Of a stretch of DNA of 64,000 bases, positions 22,132 to 35,717 are shown piece by piece. The stretch is from Ranitomeya imitator. Taxonomy: Eukaryota. Both the position numbers and the translations under genes were made by a program. The stretch lies in NCBI RefSeq assembly GCF_032444005.1, contig NC_091291.1:129828001-129892000 (forward strand). The letters are read 5' to 3'. Under the pieces are notes generated by a model. That model did no database searches, was not told the DNA's origin, and saw only the letters and a list, made by a program, of their open reading frames with translations. Position 1 is the stretch's first letter. Each line of letters starts with the position of its first letter.

Positions 22132-23225
22132 TTAGAGGGCAGTCTCTCTTTTTGGGCTAGATGAATTATACTTGCTTTTTCAAAGTGAATGAAGAGTTCA
22201 GGAGAGTCAGTAGTTGTATATCTCTGCTCTTATGTTGCATGTCCTTCCTATTCTCTCGGACTTAGAAATCACTGTATATGCAAGCAGCCACCCAACATTG
22301 AAAAAGCGGTATAGCAGAGTTTTGTCAGTGAAGTAGCAGAACGGAGTTTGTACACATTCATCACAGAGCTGACACAGTTAGGTTGCAGAACTTAATTTTA
22401 CCAGAAGTTCAATACCGAGCTAGCACAAGAGTACAGCAGAAGTGACTTGGCAAAATGGCAGAGCTACGTTTGTCACAGAGTCCAATGCAGAACTCGTAAT
22501 GAAGTTACCCAGATATATAGCCGGACATTCTGGGATAGCTGGCAGGTACGACTGACAAATGATGAGGCCCAGGCTACATTATGTTCTCCCTGGATAAATA
22601 TGAAATAATAAGACACCACTGGATACAGAGCTTGTAGGAAACAGAATGTGAACTTATAAAACTATCTGGCAAGTTATAGGAGGAGGGTTCTAGAAGATGA
22701 GAAGACGAAGATGGCTACCTAGCCATGACACTCAGATGAGCTAGGAGAACAATATTCTCTGCCATTAAGTCAGAATACACTGTGATGACTGTAAACATTT
22801 CCCAAGAAAGAGGAAGAGCTAGAGTTATCTACTGGAGTCCATCATTACAGATGGAAAAAGATAAGTCTGCACAAGGTGGCTGCACCGACGTGTGGCCTCA
22901 AACATCACAAATTCTTCATTGGCCAGTCAGTTTGCTATGTTTGCCCATTGTTTTTTTTATATCTAGGTTAACGTTATTAATCAGTGGAATGAGACCCCTA
23001 TATCTAGGCCAATATGCCCACAATGACCATAAAGATGAAATATTTAGAACATAATGATTTACATCAAGAAAATAACTAAATAAAGAGCTCCCATACATGT
23101 AACAGGCAAGTAAACAGAGAGTGAAAAGCTGTCACTCACCTTTCCTAGATTCAGTGTCAGCGCTTCCTCCCGGATCTCTGCTCCTCAGAATTCTCTGGAA
23201 ACCCGACAGACACCTTTATTTTCAG

Positions 23226-23704
23226 GCCATGTGCACACGTTGCAGATTTGGCTGTGGAATTTTCTGTGCAGATTCTGCATTTCTTGGCAGAAAACGCAGG
23301 TCAGAATCTTCACCTTTTTTTTGGTATGTGCACATGTTGCAGACTTTTGTGCAGATTTCTTCCTTTTTTCCCCCCCTGCAGATTTCTATTATGGAATGGG
23401 TGCAGAAACACGGCAGATCTGCACAAAAGAAGTGACATGGTCATTTTTTTAATCTGCTGCATTTTCCGTGATGTTTCTGCACCATTAGCACAGCATTTTT
23501 TTTTTTGCCATTGATTTACATTGTACTGTAAGGCTATGTGCACACGTTGCAGATTTGACTGTGGAATTTTCTGTGCAGATTCTGCATTTCTTGGCAGAAG
23601 ACGCAGGTCAGAATCTGCGCCTTAATCACTTGCAGATCTGCAGCGTTTCTGCGAGGAAAAAAAGCTGCAGATCTGCAGGAAATATGCAACGTGTGCACAT
23701 AGCC
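23226..23704. mobile_element. Two nested or truncated Kolobok/T2-like MITEs
   Basis: GGCCATGTGCACACG at 23226 is cut at ...TGTACTGTAA, where a second GGCTATGTGCACACG...CGTGTGCACATAGCC copy begins (about 23532-23704). Confidence 0.7.
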
Positions 23705-23814
23705 TGACCTCTCGATAGTATCCAGGTACTTGGCGTCCACACCACTTCCTACATTGGCTTCATGCTCTGTCTTGGACTTTGAAACTAACCCACCTTTGCT
23801 ACATTGTTGGTTAA

Positions 23815-24198
23815 GGCTATGTGCACACGTTGCAGATTCTCTGCGGATCCGCAGCGTTTTTTGCAGTGCAGAAACGCTGCAGATCCGCACTTGATTTACA
23901 GTACAATGTAAACCAATGAGAAAAAAAAAAATGCTGTGCACACTTTGCGGAAAATCCGCTGCGGAAACGCTGTGGTTTAAAAGAAGTAGCATGTCACTTC
24001 TTTTTTATGAATCTGCAGCGTTTTTGTACCCATTCCATTATAGAAAACCGTAGGGGTAAATAACGCAGCAAATCTGCAAGAAAACCGCAGCAAAAACGCA
24101 CAAAAAACGCGACAAATCCGCAGGTGCGTTTTCTGCCAGGAGAGGCAGAATCCCCACCAGAAATTCCTTAGCCTAATCTGCAACGTGTGCACATAGCC
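23815..24198. mobile_element. Kolobok/T2-like MITE
   Basis: TTAA-GGCTATGTGCACACGTTGCAG ... CTGCAACGTGTGCACATAGCC-TTA. Confidence 0.82.
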
Positions 24199-24460
24199 TT
24201 ACTCTGCTTTACCTTGTCTTGGACTCTGTGACAAACCCAGCTCTGCTACTTTTGATACATTTGTAACATGTTAACACTGGACAGTTCATCCTTGGACTAT
24301 TTGACAAATCCAATACTGCTACATTGCAGGGTAAATTTTGCTATAGCACTAGCCAGTTTTACCTTAGACTCTATGACAAACCTAGCTCTGATCACTGCCA
24401 GCTCTTCATTGGATTCTGTGACAAGCTCAGCACTGCTATATCGCCGAGTCAACTATACTA

Positions 24461-26137
24461 CAACCCCTGGCAAACATTATGGAATCACCGGCCTCTGAGG
24501 ATGTTCATTCAGTTGTTTAATTTTGTAGAAAAAAATCAGATCACAGACATGGCACAAAACTCAAGTCATTTCAAATGGCAACTTTCTGGCTTTAAGAAAC
24601 AGCAAAAGAAATCAAGAACAAAAAATGTGATAGTCAGTAATGGTTACTTTAATCAAACATAGGGAACAAAACATGGAATCACTCAATTCTGAGGAAAAAA
24701 TTATGGAATCATGAAAAACAAAACAAAAAACACTCCAACACATCCCTAGTATTTTGTTGCACCACCTCTGGCTTTTAATAACAGCTTGCGGTCTCTGAGG
24801 CATGGACTTAATGAGTGTCACACAGGACTCTTCATCAATCTGGTTCCAACTTTTTCTGGTTGCTGTTGCCAGATCAGCTTTACAGGTTGGCGCCTTGTCA
24901 TGGACCATTTTCCTCAACTTCCACCAAAGATTTTCAATTAGATTGAGATCCGGACTATTTGCAGCCCATGACATTGACCTTATGTGTCTTTTTCAAGGAA
25001 TGCTCGCACAGTTTTTGCAGGATGCATTATCATCTTCAAAAATGATTTCATCATCCCCAAACATCCTTTCAATTGATGGGATAAGAAAAGAGTTCAAAAT
25101 ATCAACATAAACTTGTGCAATTATTGAAGATGTAATGACAGCCATCTCCCCAGTGCCTTTACCTGACATGCAGCCCCATATCATCAATGATTGTGGAAAT
25201 TTGCATGTTCTCTTCAGGCAGTCATCTTTATAAATCTTATTGGAACGGCACCAAACAAAAGTTCCAGCATCATCACCTTGCCCAATGCAGATTCGCTATT
25301 CATCACTGAATATGACTTTCATCCAGTCATCCACAGTCCACGATTGCTTTTCCTTAGCCGATTGTAACCTTGTCTTTTTCTGTTTAGGTGTTAATGGCTT
25401 TCGTTTAGCTTTTCTGTATGTAAATCCCATTTCCTTTAGGCGGTTTCTTACAGCTTGGTCACAGACGTTGACTCCAGTTTTCACCCATTCGTTCCTCATT
25501 TGTTTTGTTGTGCATTTCCTGTTTTGGAGACATTGCTTTAAGTTTCCGGTCTTGATGCTTTCATGTCTTCCTTGGTCTACCAGTATGTTTGCCTTTAACA
25601 ACCTTCCCATGTTGTTTGTATTTGGTCCAGATTTTAGACACAGCCGACTGTGAACAACCAACATCTTTTGCAACATTGCGTGATGATTTACCCTCTTTTA
25701 AGAGTTTGATAATCTTCTCCTTTGTTTCAATTGATATCTCTCGTGTTGGAGCCATGATTCATGTCAGACTACTTGATGCAACAGCTCTCCGAGGTGTGAT
25801 CACTCCTTTTAGATGCAGACTAACAAGCAGATCCAATTTGATGCAGGTGTTATTTTTGGGTGTGAAAATTTACAGGGTGATTCCATAATTTTTTCCTCAG
25901 AATTGAGTGATTCCATAATTTTTTCCCTATGCTTGGTTAAAAAAAAAAAATTAACTATTACTGACTACCACATTTGTTGTTCTTGATTTCTTTTAGTGCT
26001 TCTTAAAGCCAGAAAGCTGCCATTTGAAATGACTTTAGTTTTGTGCCATGTCTGTGATCTGCTTTTTTTCTACAAAATTAAACAACTGAATGAACATCCT
26101 CCAAGACCGGTGATTCCATAATTTTTGCCAGGGGTTG
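24461..26137 (-). mobile_element. Tc1 DNA transposon with long (about 230-bp) TIRs and frameshifted DD34E transposase pseudogene
   Basis: TA flanks and TIR CAACCCCTGGCAAA. Minus-strand fragments MAPTREIS...GRPRKT, VIFSDE, IWGCMS, FEDDNASC and NSPDLNLIENLW. Confidence 0.93.
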
Positions 26138-26999
26138 TATATCATTGTGCGACTTAGCTCTGCTTTTGTCAGTTACTCTACGCAGAGCTATGAGCAGAAC
26201 CTTCTGTGCAGCTCAGCTCTGCTTCACCAGTTCCTCATCGCTGGGTCCCATCTGCTTCCTTATGGATTATAACCATTACGCTTATTGCTCCGTTTCATCA
26301 GATCCCAAGATTCCTGTTTGTTCTTCCACAACAGCTTCCGTTAGTTCATCTGGATCTCTCCCAGCTGCACCAACGTGATCTGTCCGTGCTGCATAACTGC
26401 TGGTCTGGACCAAAGTCTTTAAGGATCCACCTCACCAGGTGAGACGTAACATTGAAGCATGTCTGCATTCAAGGCGATATGACCGCGTGTGTCACCCCCA
26501 TAAGTGAAGCAAGTGGCTGCAGGAGGAATAAATTGCGTTTTCCTGCAGATTATTACTATATCAGCATGGAAATATCTTTGCTGACAGTTTCCCTATAATG
26601 GAAATGACTCCCCTTGCTAGACCAAAGAAAAATTGCAGGAAAACCGCAAGCATGTTTATTTTACCCATAAGAGATAAATCATAGACATTGGTTGGTGAAT
26701 ATTGGAGCAATCATACTCCCAACTCTTGAAACATTCCTGCTATTTAATGACGCTGCCTTATTTGCAGGGCGCTGGCTTAATAGCTGCTCGTCTTGTAGCA
26801 TCACACACATATAAGCAATCCCTCTTATATTTTATCTGCACTGTTGCTTTAGCTCCATTCCTTAATGTAAAAATCGTTTATGCTTTCACATCATTCACTT
26901 TTACTTGCTTTCAACTTTGCCCGTTTTTTTTTTTTCCCCATTTAAACATTTAAAATTCATAGCATTGGCGCCCTTGCAATTGTTCCAGAGAATGAAGTG

Positions 27000-28499
27000 C
27001 AGGTGCTTCTCACAAAATTAGAGTATCATCAAAAAGTTCATTTATTTCAGTGCTTCAATACAAAAAGTGAATCTCAAATTCTATAGAGTCATTACACACA
27101 CAGAGTGATCTATTTCACGTGTTTATTTCTGTTAATGTCGATGATTATGGCCAACAGCCAATGAAAACCCCAAAGTCATTATCTCAGTAAATTACAATAC
27201 TTTATAACACCAGCTTGAAAAATGATTTTAAAATAAAAATTGTTGGCCTAATGAAATGTATGTTCAGTAAATGCAATCAATGCTTGTTCGGGGCTCCTTT
27301 TGCATCAATTACTGCATCAATGTGGCGTGGCATGGAGGCGATCAGCCTGTAGCACTGCTGAGGGGTTATGGACGCCCAGGTTGCTTTGATAGCAGCCTTC
27401 AGCTCGTCTGCATTGTTGGGTCTGGTGTCTCTCATCTTCCTCTTGTCAATACTCCATAGATTCTCTATGGGGTTAAGATCAGGCGAGTTTGCTGCCAATC
27501 ACGCAGTGATAGTTGTTTTTATACCAGGTATTGGTACTTTTGGCCGTGTGGACAGGGGCCAAGTCCTGCTGGAGAATGAAATTTCCATCTCCAAAAAGCT
27601 TGTCGGCAGAGGGAAGCATGAAGTGCTCTAAAATTTCCTGGTAGACGGCTGCACCGACTTTGGTCTTGATAACACAGTGGACCTACACCAGCAGATGACA
27701 TGGCTCCCCAAACCATCACTGATTGTGGAGACTTCACACTAGACCTCCAGCAGCTTGGGTTGTGGCCTCTCCACTCTTCCTCCAGACTCTGGGACCTTGA
27801 TTTCCAAATGAAATGCAAAAGTGACTTTCACCTGAAAACAACACCTAGGTCCACTGACAACAGTACAGTTCTTTTTCTCCTTGGCCCAGGTAAGAAGCTT
27901 CTAGCGTTGTATATTGGTCAGGAGTGGTTGACACAAGGAATGTGACACTTGTAGCTCATGTCCTGGATATTTCTGGGTGTGGCAGCTCTTGAAGCAATGA
28001 CTCCATCAGTAGTCGGCTCCTTGTGAATCTCTCCCAAATTTTTGAATGCCCTTTTCTTAATCCTTTCAAGGCTCCATTATCCCTGCTGCTTGTGCACCTT
28101 TTTCTACCACACTTTTTCCTTCCACTCCCCATTATTATGCTTGGATATAGCACTCTGTGAACAGCCGGCTTCTTTAGCAATGACCTTTTGTGGCTTCCCA
28201 TCCTTGTGGAGTGTGTCAGGTCAGCAGTCTTCCCCATGATTGTGGAGCTACTGAAATAGACTAAGGGACCTTTGTAAACGCTTAGGAAGCCTCTACAGGT
28301 GTTTTTTGTTAATTATTCTAATTTACTGAGATAATGACTTCTGGGTTTTCATTGGCTGTAAGCCATAATCATCAACATTAACAAATAAAACACGTGAAAT
28401 AGATCACTCTGTAATGACTAAATAATGAGTTTCACTTTTTGTATTGAAGAATGGAAATAAATTTACTTTTTGATATTCTAATTTTGTGAAAAGCACCTG
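27000..28499 (-). mobile_element. Second Tc1 element, different family, degraded transposase
   Basis: TIR CAGGTGCTTCTCACAAAATTAGA / TCTAATTTTGTGAAAAGCACCTG-TA. Fragments VMVWGAMSSAGVGPL and NSPDLNPIENLW. Confidence 0.9.
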
Positions 28500-28599
28500 T
28501 AATTTCTCAGAAAATTATTGCAATTAAACGTGTTTTACAAAATCTGTATTTCCTTTATGTGTATTGGAACACTACAGAAAAAAAAAGACAAATTGAACA

Positions 28600-30725
28600 T
28601 AATTTCACACAAAACCCAAAAAATGGGCCAGACAAAATTGTTGGCACCTTACCAAAATTGTGGGTAAACAACTTTGTTTCTAGCATGTGATGCTCATTCA
28701 AACTCACCTGTGGCAAGTAATAGGTGTGAGCAATATGAAAATCACACATGAAACCAAATAAAAAGGGGAATCGTTGACTCAATCTTTGCATTGAATGCAC
28801 CACATCAAGCATGGGAAAAAAAACAGAAAGAGGAGAAGAGAACCATTTGAGGACTTGAGAACAAAAATTGTTGTTGATATTTATCAATCTCAAGGTTACA
28901 AGTCCATCTCCAAAGATTTTGATTTCCTTTATCCACGGTACACAACATCATCATCAAGAAGTTTACAACCCATGGCACTGTAGCTAATCTACCTGGACTG
29001 CAACAAAAAAAAAAAAAAAGAAAAGTGTTTGAAATGTTGCAATGCAGAATAATCCGGATGGTTTAAAAGTAGCCCCAATCGAGTTCTAGAGAAATTCACG
29101 CTGTCCTGCTGGCTCAGGGGGCATCAGTGTCAGCGTAAACTATCCATCGACATTTTAGGCTACTTTCACACTTCCGTCTTTTCAGATCTGTTGCAATGCA
29201 TCGTTTTGGGAAAAAAACGAATCCTGCAAATGTGCCCGCAGGATCCATTTTTTTCCCCATAGACTTGTATTAGCGACGAATGGCCACACGTTGCATCTGT
29301 CGTGCGACGGATCCGTCGTCTGGAAAAAAACGTTCAATGTAACGTTTTTTTGTCTGCGTCGAAAAAACGTACAGCGACAGATCCTGCGGGGTCCGTCGTT
29401 GGCTAGAATGGAAGCCTATGGGCGCAGGATCCGTTGCTGTCCGCCAAATGACGGAATCCAGCAACAGATTCCGTTTTTTTTTACACTGACCATGCCTGAA
29501 AGGATTTAAATTCCTTTAAATTTAACCCATTTTTCCTGCAGCTGCTGCATCAACGGATCCATCAAAAAAACAGGATCCAGTGCATACTTTTTTTTTTACA
29601 ATCTGCACAGGATCCGTCTTTTCAACATTTTGACGGATTGTGACTGATTCTAAAAGACGGAAGTGTGAAAGTAGCCTAAACGAAACGCTATGGCAGGAGA
29701 CCCCACTGCTGGCACACAGACAAAGCTAGACTGCAGTTTGCCAAAATGTATGTGAATAAGCAAAAATCCTTCTGTGAAAGCATTTGTGGGCAGATGAGAC
29801 CAAGACAGAAGTTTTTGGTAAAGCACATAATTCTACTGTTTACCAAAAACAAGAACAAAGATCTTAGAACAGAAAACGTCTTATACATAGTTAATTAATC
29901 CCTATACCCTGTGGTGAAAGGGGCTTCATTAGCACAGGATACTCCCATAATTACAGATATAAACAATCAAGGAAAAGGAGCAAAAGAATCCCAGATAAAA
30001 TGTACCAAAAAATATTTTATTAAATATATTACAACAAAATAGCTTACATCAATCACATAAATAAGACAGTACGTTATTATTCTGCAGAGTGTTATATATA
30101 CACACGCCTTGTCCTCTTTGGTATATGGTTATTTATAGGTGGGAATAATTGCTGTATGTTTGCACTGGCACTTTATACGACTTGCTGCTACTTTTGGTTG
30201 TCCCACTCCATTTCACTTTTCTCTTTTGAGACCATTGGCTTTACTCCTGTGTTTATTAACTATCCACTTTGTCTATTGTCTAATTTATGTGATTGATGTA
30301 AGCTATTTTGTTGTAATATATTTAATAAAATATTTTTTTTGGTACATTTTATCTGGGATTGTTTTGTTCCTTTTCCTTGATTGCTTATATCTGTTAACCG
30401 AAAACAGAACGAGGCCTACAAAAAAAAAAACCATGAACACAGTACCTACAGTCCAATATGGTGGAGGCTCTGGCACTGGGTGCCTTGAATGTGTGCAAGG
30501 CATCACAAAATCTGAAGATTACCAAAAGTATCTTGGGTGGCATTGTAGTGCCCAGTGTCAGAGATGGGTTTGCGTCGTAGGTCATGGGTATTCCAGCAGA
30601 ACAATGACCCCAAACGTGCTTCAAGGAGCATCCAGAAATGGATGGAAACAAAGCGCTGGAGATTTCTGAAATGGCAGCAATGAGTCCCGGATCTAAACCC
30701 ATTGCACACCTGCGGAGAGACCCTA
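28600..30725 (+). mobile_element. Third Tc1 element, truncated and interrupted by two insertions
   Basis: Fragments EDLRTKIV..YQSQGYKSISKD, QGTVANLPG-like, WADET-like, NTVPTVQYGGGS, QNNDPK-like and AMSPDLNPIAHL. Confidence 0.82.
29158..29676. mobile_element. Kolobok/T2-like MITE inserted in the Tc1
   Basis: TIRs GGCTACTTTCACACTTCCGTC and GACGGAAGTGTGAAAGTAGCC. Confidence 0.85.
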
Positions 30726-31519
30726 AAGGGGTTGTCCACTACTAGGACACCTTCTCATTCCCCACGCTTAGCCCCGATAGAATTAAAAAAAAGCCTATAC
30801 TCACCTCCCGTGTTGGAACTGTTCCCGCGGTGTCGGCACTCGCGGTCCTGGGGCTCCCGTGCGGTTGTGATGACATGTAAGCCCAGTGCCCAACCAGTGG
30901 CGTCACTGTCCCCGTCTTCGTGTGAGATGAACATGAAGAGGACGTCCGGGCTGCGGCTGCTCTCCATCTTCCTCTTCATGTTCAGTTTGTACGAAGTTGG
31001 AGACAGTGACGCCAGCGCTGATTAGGAACGACACTGTATGTTGACATTAGAAACCGTGGCTACACATTCAATTTTATTGCTTTTTTTGTTTGTTTTTTTA
31101 GCACAAGCCTTGAGTGGATGTAGAAGAACTGGAAAATATAAACACAGGATTTGATATCTACTTCCGACTTTGGCTAAAAATAAAAAACGCATTTTATATA
31201 TTTCCAACCTGAGGATATGTTTTCATGTAGCGTAAACGATGCAGTATTTCCACTATTTAGTATTTCCAATAGGAAACCGCCAGCACACTGTGCGCTTACA
31301 GAAGACATGTTTTTTCCCCCTTTAGGCTTCTAAAAAGCTTCAGGGGAAAAAAAAAAAAAAAAAAGAAAAACTGTTTCTGCACAAAGGAAACATGGCTTAA
31401 AGGGAATCTGTCAGCGGGTTTTTGCTATGTAATCTGAAGACGGCATGTGGTAAAACACAGATTTCAGCGATGCCTCTTATCAAGCTGAGCAGTTTTGTTT
31501 GCTTGCAATGACTGTTTTA

Positions 31520-32332
31520 GGCCATGTGCACACGTTCAGTATTTTTCACTTTTTTTGCTATAAAAACGCGAAAAAAACGCTTACATATGCCTCCTATTAA
31601 TTACAGTTTATTCCGCATTTCTAGTGCCAAGGTGGCTTTTTTTCCGCGAAAAAAAAAAATAATCGCATTGCGGAAAAAAAAGCAACATGTTCATTAAAAA
31701 TGCGGAATTGCGGGGATTCCACACACCTAGGAGTGCATTGATCTGCTTACTTTCCGCATGGGGCTGTGCACACCATGCGGGAATTAAAATAAAAAATATA
31801 GTCATATACTTACCCTCTGATGGCCCCGGTGTCTTCCCGCCTCTCAGCGGTGCATGCTGCCGCTTCTGTTCCTATAGATGGTCTGTGTGAAGGACCTGCG
31901 ATGACGTCGCGGGCCTGTGATTGGTCACGTGACCGCGACGTCATCGAAGGTCCTGCACACACACACCATCTATAGGAATGGACGCCGCTGAGGAGATCGG
32001 CTGTCTGCAGGGTGAGTATAACCATTTTTTTTTATTTCTTTTTAATTATTTTTAAACATTCCATCTTTTTACTATTGATGCTGCATAGGCTGCATCTATA
32101 GTAAAAAGTTGGTCACACTTGTCAAACACTATGTTTGACAAGTGTGACCAACCTGTCAGTCAGTTTTCCAAGCGATGCTACAGATCGCTTGGAAAACTTT
32201 AGCATTCTGAAAGCTAATTACGCTTGCAAAATGCTAAAAAAACGGAAAAAAAAAAAATGCAGATTTCTTGCAGAAAATTTCCGGTTTTCCTCAGGAAATT
32301 TCTGCAAGAAATCCTGACGTGTGCACATACCC
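31520..32332. mobile_element. Kolobok/T2-like composite MITE
   Basis: GGCCATGTGCACACGT ... ACGTGTGCACATACCC-TTA, with an internal hairpin centred near 31920. Confidence 0.75.
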
Positions 32333-32934
32333 TTAGCACCAGGAGCTTATCATTGCTGGGATACAGCAGCCATTGCCTCCTGATCCAGCAATGCCTCCCT
32401 CCTGTGACAGGCGCATCACTGTCCATGGACATTGTACAAGTTTACAGGCAATGCCTCAGTGTTTCTGGAGACTTGTGTGCTCAATTGCCCCAGCAGGTGG
32501 ACTTAAGCTTTCACATGCAAGAAACAGAGCACTGAGGGACCGTGCACTAAACAAAAAGAGGTCTAACTGCAAATTGTAATCCGCTCTAACAAAGGGAAAA
32601 AAATAAAATCTTAAGAACTGATGCATAACAGATACTTAGCATGGTCTCCACTTTTTCTTGTTTCACACACCCTGTGATTTCTTACAGCAAATCGGACTAG
32701 TGCCTACTTTTTTCACCTGAATCGTGCGTATTCCCTGAATTGTGCTGTTGCATTTATCTGCTGTCTGACTTCAGTCCATCAGGTTCGGTCTGAATTTACA
32801 AAAACAGAAGACACATAATGATGTAATGTATACGCTGAGCAGTGGGAATGCCTCTTGGAGGTTCATTTATTGAGTCCATAGCTTTTACAGACACGGGTCA
32901 GCACACGACAAAGAAACTAGAAAAGATAAACATG

Positions 32935-33033
32935 TCAGACATTGTATCCGATCAGGCCGCCTTTCCCGATGCATTCTCCAATGTAAAACCAGAAGAGGAC
33001 CTCGGTGGCTACCAGGCCATTCCTCAAGGCTTC
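32935..33033 (-). CDS. atp5mg: ATP synthase subunit g, exon 3 (EALRNGLVATEVLFWFYIGECIGKGGLIGYNV*)
   Basis: cag| acceptor, phase 0, TGA at 32937-32935. Matches the recalled human EAVLNGLVATEVLMWFYVGEIIGKRGIIGYDV. Confidence 0.96.
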   Translation of the reverse strand, partial: EALRNGLVATEVLFWFYIGECIGKGGLIGYNV

Positions 33034-33589
33034 CTGTACAGACACAAAAACATCAAGACAATTAATACATTATATATCCTTATATCAACAATCACAGATT
33101 GGTGGAGGGCTGGCACCTGGTACTCCCACCGATAGCCAGAGGTACAAAGTGCATGGCTCGGTACACTGGGCAGTGGCCGCTCTCGGTCCAGCATCTTAGA
33201 GAACATTCCCTGGATGAAGAACTGAGCTGCAGTACCTGGTACTGGCCACTATATGGAGCTGTGCTGATCGGCTCTGTACATAACTGGCCACCATCTGAGC
33301 TGACAACAGCTGATCAGTGGAGGTGCTGGGTGTCAGAACCCTCCGATCAGATACTGATATTACATAGTGGGTAACCCCTTTATAGAGAAATGGCTACAAC
33401 TCCAACTTAATCACTAATGGGAGGGTCCTGTTGCAACTTTTCTGGAGATAGGTTGGGGAGCGAGGTGGTAAACTGTTGTAAATATCAATAAATTACAGGA
33501 AGGGAACCAAAGATGCCGGGAGGAGAGAAAACAGAACGGGGACGTGGGACCAGAGATTACAGGAGTAGAACGAGCAGAACTGCAACAGA

Positions 33590-34235
33590 AAACCAGAGAT
33601 TACAGGAGGAGGACAAACAGAACCATGACAAAGGGACCAAAGATTACAGGATGAGGACGAGCAGAACCACAATAGGAGACGAGAGATTACAGGAGGAGGG
33701 CGAACAGAACCACAATAGGAGACAAGAGATTACAGGAGGAGGGCGAACAGAACCGCGACAGAAGACCAGAGATTACAGGAGGAGGGCGGACAGAACCGCG
33801 ACAGGAGACCAGAGATTACAGGAGGAGGGCAAACAGAACTGCGACAGGAGACCAGAGATTACAGGAGGAGGGCAAACAGAACTGCGACAGAAGACCAGAG
33901 ATTACAGGAGGAGGGCGAACAGAACCGCGACAGGAGACCAGAGATTACAGGAGGAGGGCGGACAGAACCGCGACAGGAGACCAGAGATTACAGGAGGAGG
34001 GCGGACAGAACCGCAACAGGAGACCAGAGATTACAGGAGGAGGGCGGACAGAACCGCGACAGGAGACCAGAGATTACAGGAGGAGGGCAAACAGAACTGC
34101 GACAGGAGACCAGAGATTACAGGAGGAGGGCAAACAGAACCGCAACAGGAGACCAGAGATTACAGGAGGAGGGCAAACAGAACCACAACAGGAGACCAGA
34201 GATTACAGGAGGAGGGCGGACAGAACCGCGACAGG
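33590..34235. repeat. 43-bp minisatellite in atp5mg intron 2
   Basis: Unit GACCAGAGATTACAGGAGGAGGGCGGACAGAACCGCGACAGGA. It produces the 245-aa repeat ORF at 33513-34250. Confidence 0.92.
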
Positions 34236-34807
34236 GAACGATGGGAATGATGACCTCCTCAGAGTAGTCTGGCTTCATTTGCATAAGGCGATTGGGGGGG
34301 AGGAGGGGGGGGGGTGTTGTTATAACTTAATTGTGCACAAGCGTGCTGATGAATATAACATTGTACGCATTACTGAAATATCAGGAAAAAGTGCTACACA
34401 TAATAGGGTCACCAGAATAACATTAGGGGACCTGACAAACAGGGCTGTGGATTCTGTAAACCAAACCTCCCGACTCCTCAATTTCACTGACTCCTGACTG
34501 ACTCCACAGCACTAGTCACTACTGAGCATGTGCATAAAGTGCAGCATGGATTCATCTCAACTAAAAACCGAGATCAGGAACAGAACATATTTATAGGACA
34601 TTTCATAACTTTCCCAAATTCTTATGAAATACCGTAAGTTACCACTGTACCCAATTTATTATACATTTCAGGAGTCGGTCCTTTTTATACAGACTCCACA
34701 GCCCTGCTGACAGATGCCCTTTAACAAAAACACCTGCAAAAAAAAACAAACCGTCATATGAATGAGGCCATAAAATCTGATCACAAAGGCTCAATCTTCC
34801 ACCTTAC

Positions 34808-34968
34808 CCTGACGGTCAGTTCAGACAACCGGCCCCTCTGGAAGGACTGTACCAATCCCTTGATGCCCTCAATGGCTTTTGGAACCTCTGCAGGGCTGGG
34901 TGGCGTCAGCTCTACACGGGCATAGTACCAGAAAGTGGCAAGTCGTGGCTTAGAGTAGCTGACGGCGG
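34808..34968 (-). CDS. atp5mg: ATP synthase subunit g, exon 2 ([33 protein letters not shown]...ELTVR)
   Basis: 161 bp between cag| and |gtaagg. Matches [24 protein letters not shown] of human ATP5MG. Confidence 0.97.
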
Positions 34969-35148
34969 CTGCGGGAGAAAAGCAACACGTACATTAGCAC
35001 AGACGCAGCGGAGCTTCGCTTTGCAGACTTTAAAGCAAAATCCAAAATGATCCACGGAAAGACGGACAACGCAGAGGGTATGCGAACCACGAGGAAGGTG
35101 ACATCAGATCACTGGTGAACATTTCCTTAGCAGTAATTACGCACTAAA

Positions 35149-35540
35149 GGTACCGTCACACTCAGCAACTTTGCAGCGAGAACGACAACGATCTGTGACG
35201 TTGCAGCGTCCTGGATAGCGATCTCGTTGTGTTTGACACGCAGCAGCGATCTGGATCCCGCTGTGCCTTCGCTGGTCGGAGCTAGAAGTCCAGAACTTTA
35301 TTTCGTCATCAGGTCGGCGTGTATCGCCATGTTTGACATCAAAAGCAACGATGCCAGCAACGTTTTACATGGAGCAACAACCAGCGAGAACGATAAGCGA
35401 GTCGCCGTTACGTCACTGGATCGCTCCTGCATCGTTCTGGAATTGCTGTGTTTGACGTCTCTACAGCGACCTAAACAGCGACGCTCCAGCGATCGGCTCG
35501 TTGTCTATATCGCTGCAGCATCGCTGAGTGTGACGGTACC
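35149..35540. mobile_element. Palindromic MITE in atp5mg intron 1
   Basis: TIRs GGTACCGTCACACTCAGC and GCTGAGTGTGACGGTACC-TTAA. Confidence 0.85.
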
Positions 35541-35717
35541 TTAAGTTCTTCAATATGAACCAGACCCCCAACAACACAAGCGTCAAAGGGGGATTTCACA
35601 GTACGATCTGGAGACAGTCCAATAACACAGAGCGATGGATCAGATGTGGAAACGTTCTTACTCATGGGCCAATAACCGTCTAGAAAAACACATGTTTCCA
35701 GCTTCTATCCTGTGTAA

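Noticed and set aside
23098-26451. Possible solo LTR fragmented by MITEs and Tc1 (TGTAACA...CGTAACA)
   Set aside because: No matching TSD or terminal inverted dinucleotide extension, so it cannot be supported by eye.
29895-29940. Third hammerhead-like string on the minus strand (CTAATGAAGCCCC)
   Set aside because: Lacks the downstream GAAAC and cleavage triplet.
33513-34250. 245-aa charged repeat ORF
   Set aside because: A 43-bp minisatellite antisense within atp5mg intron 2, with no splice or homology support.
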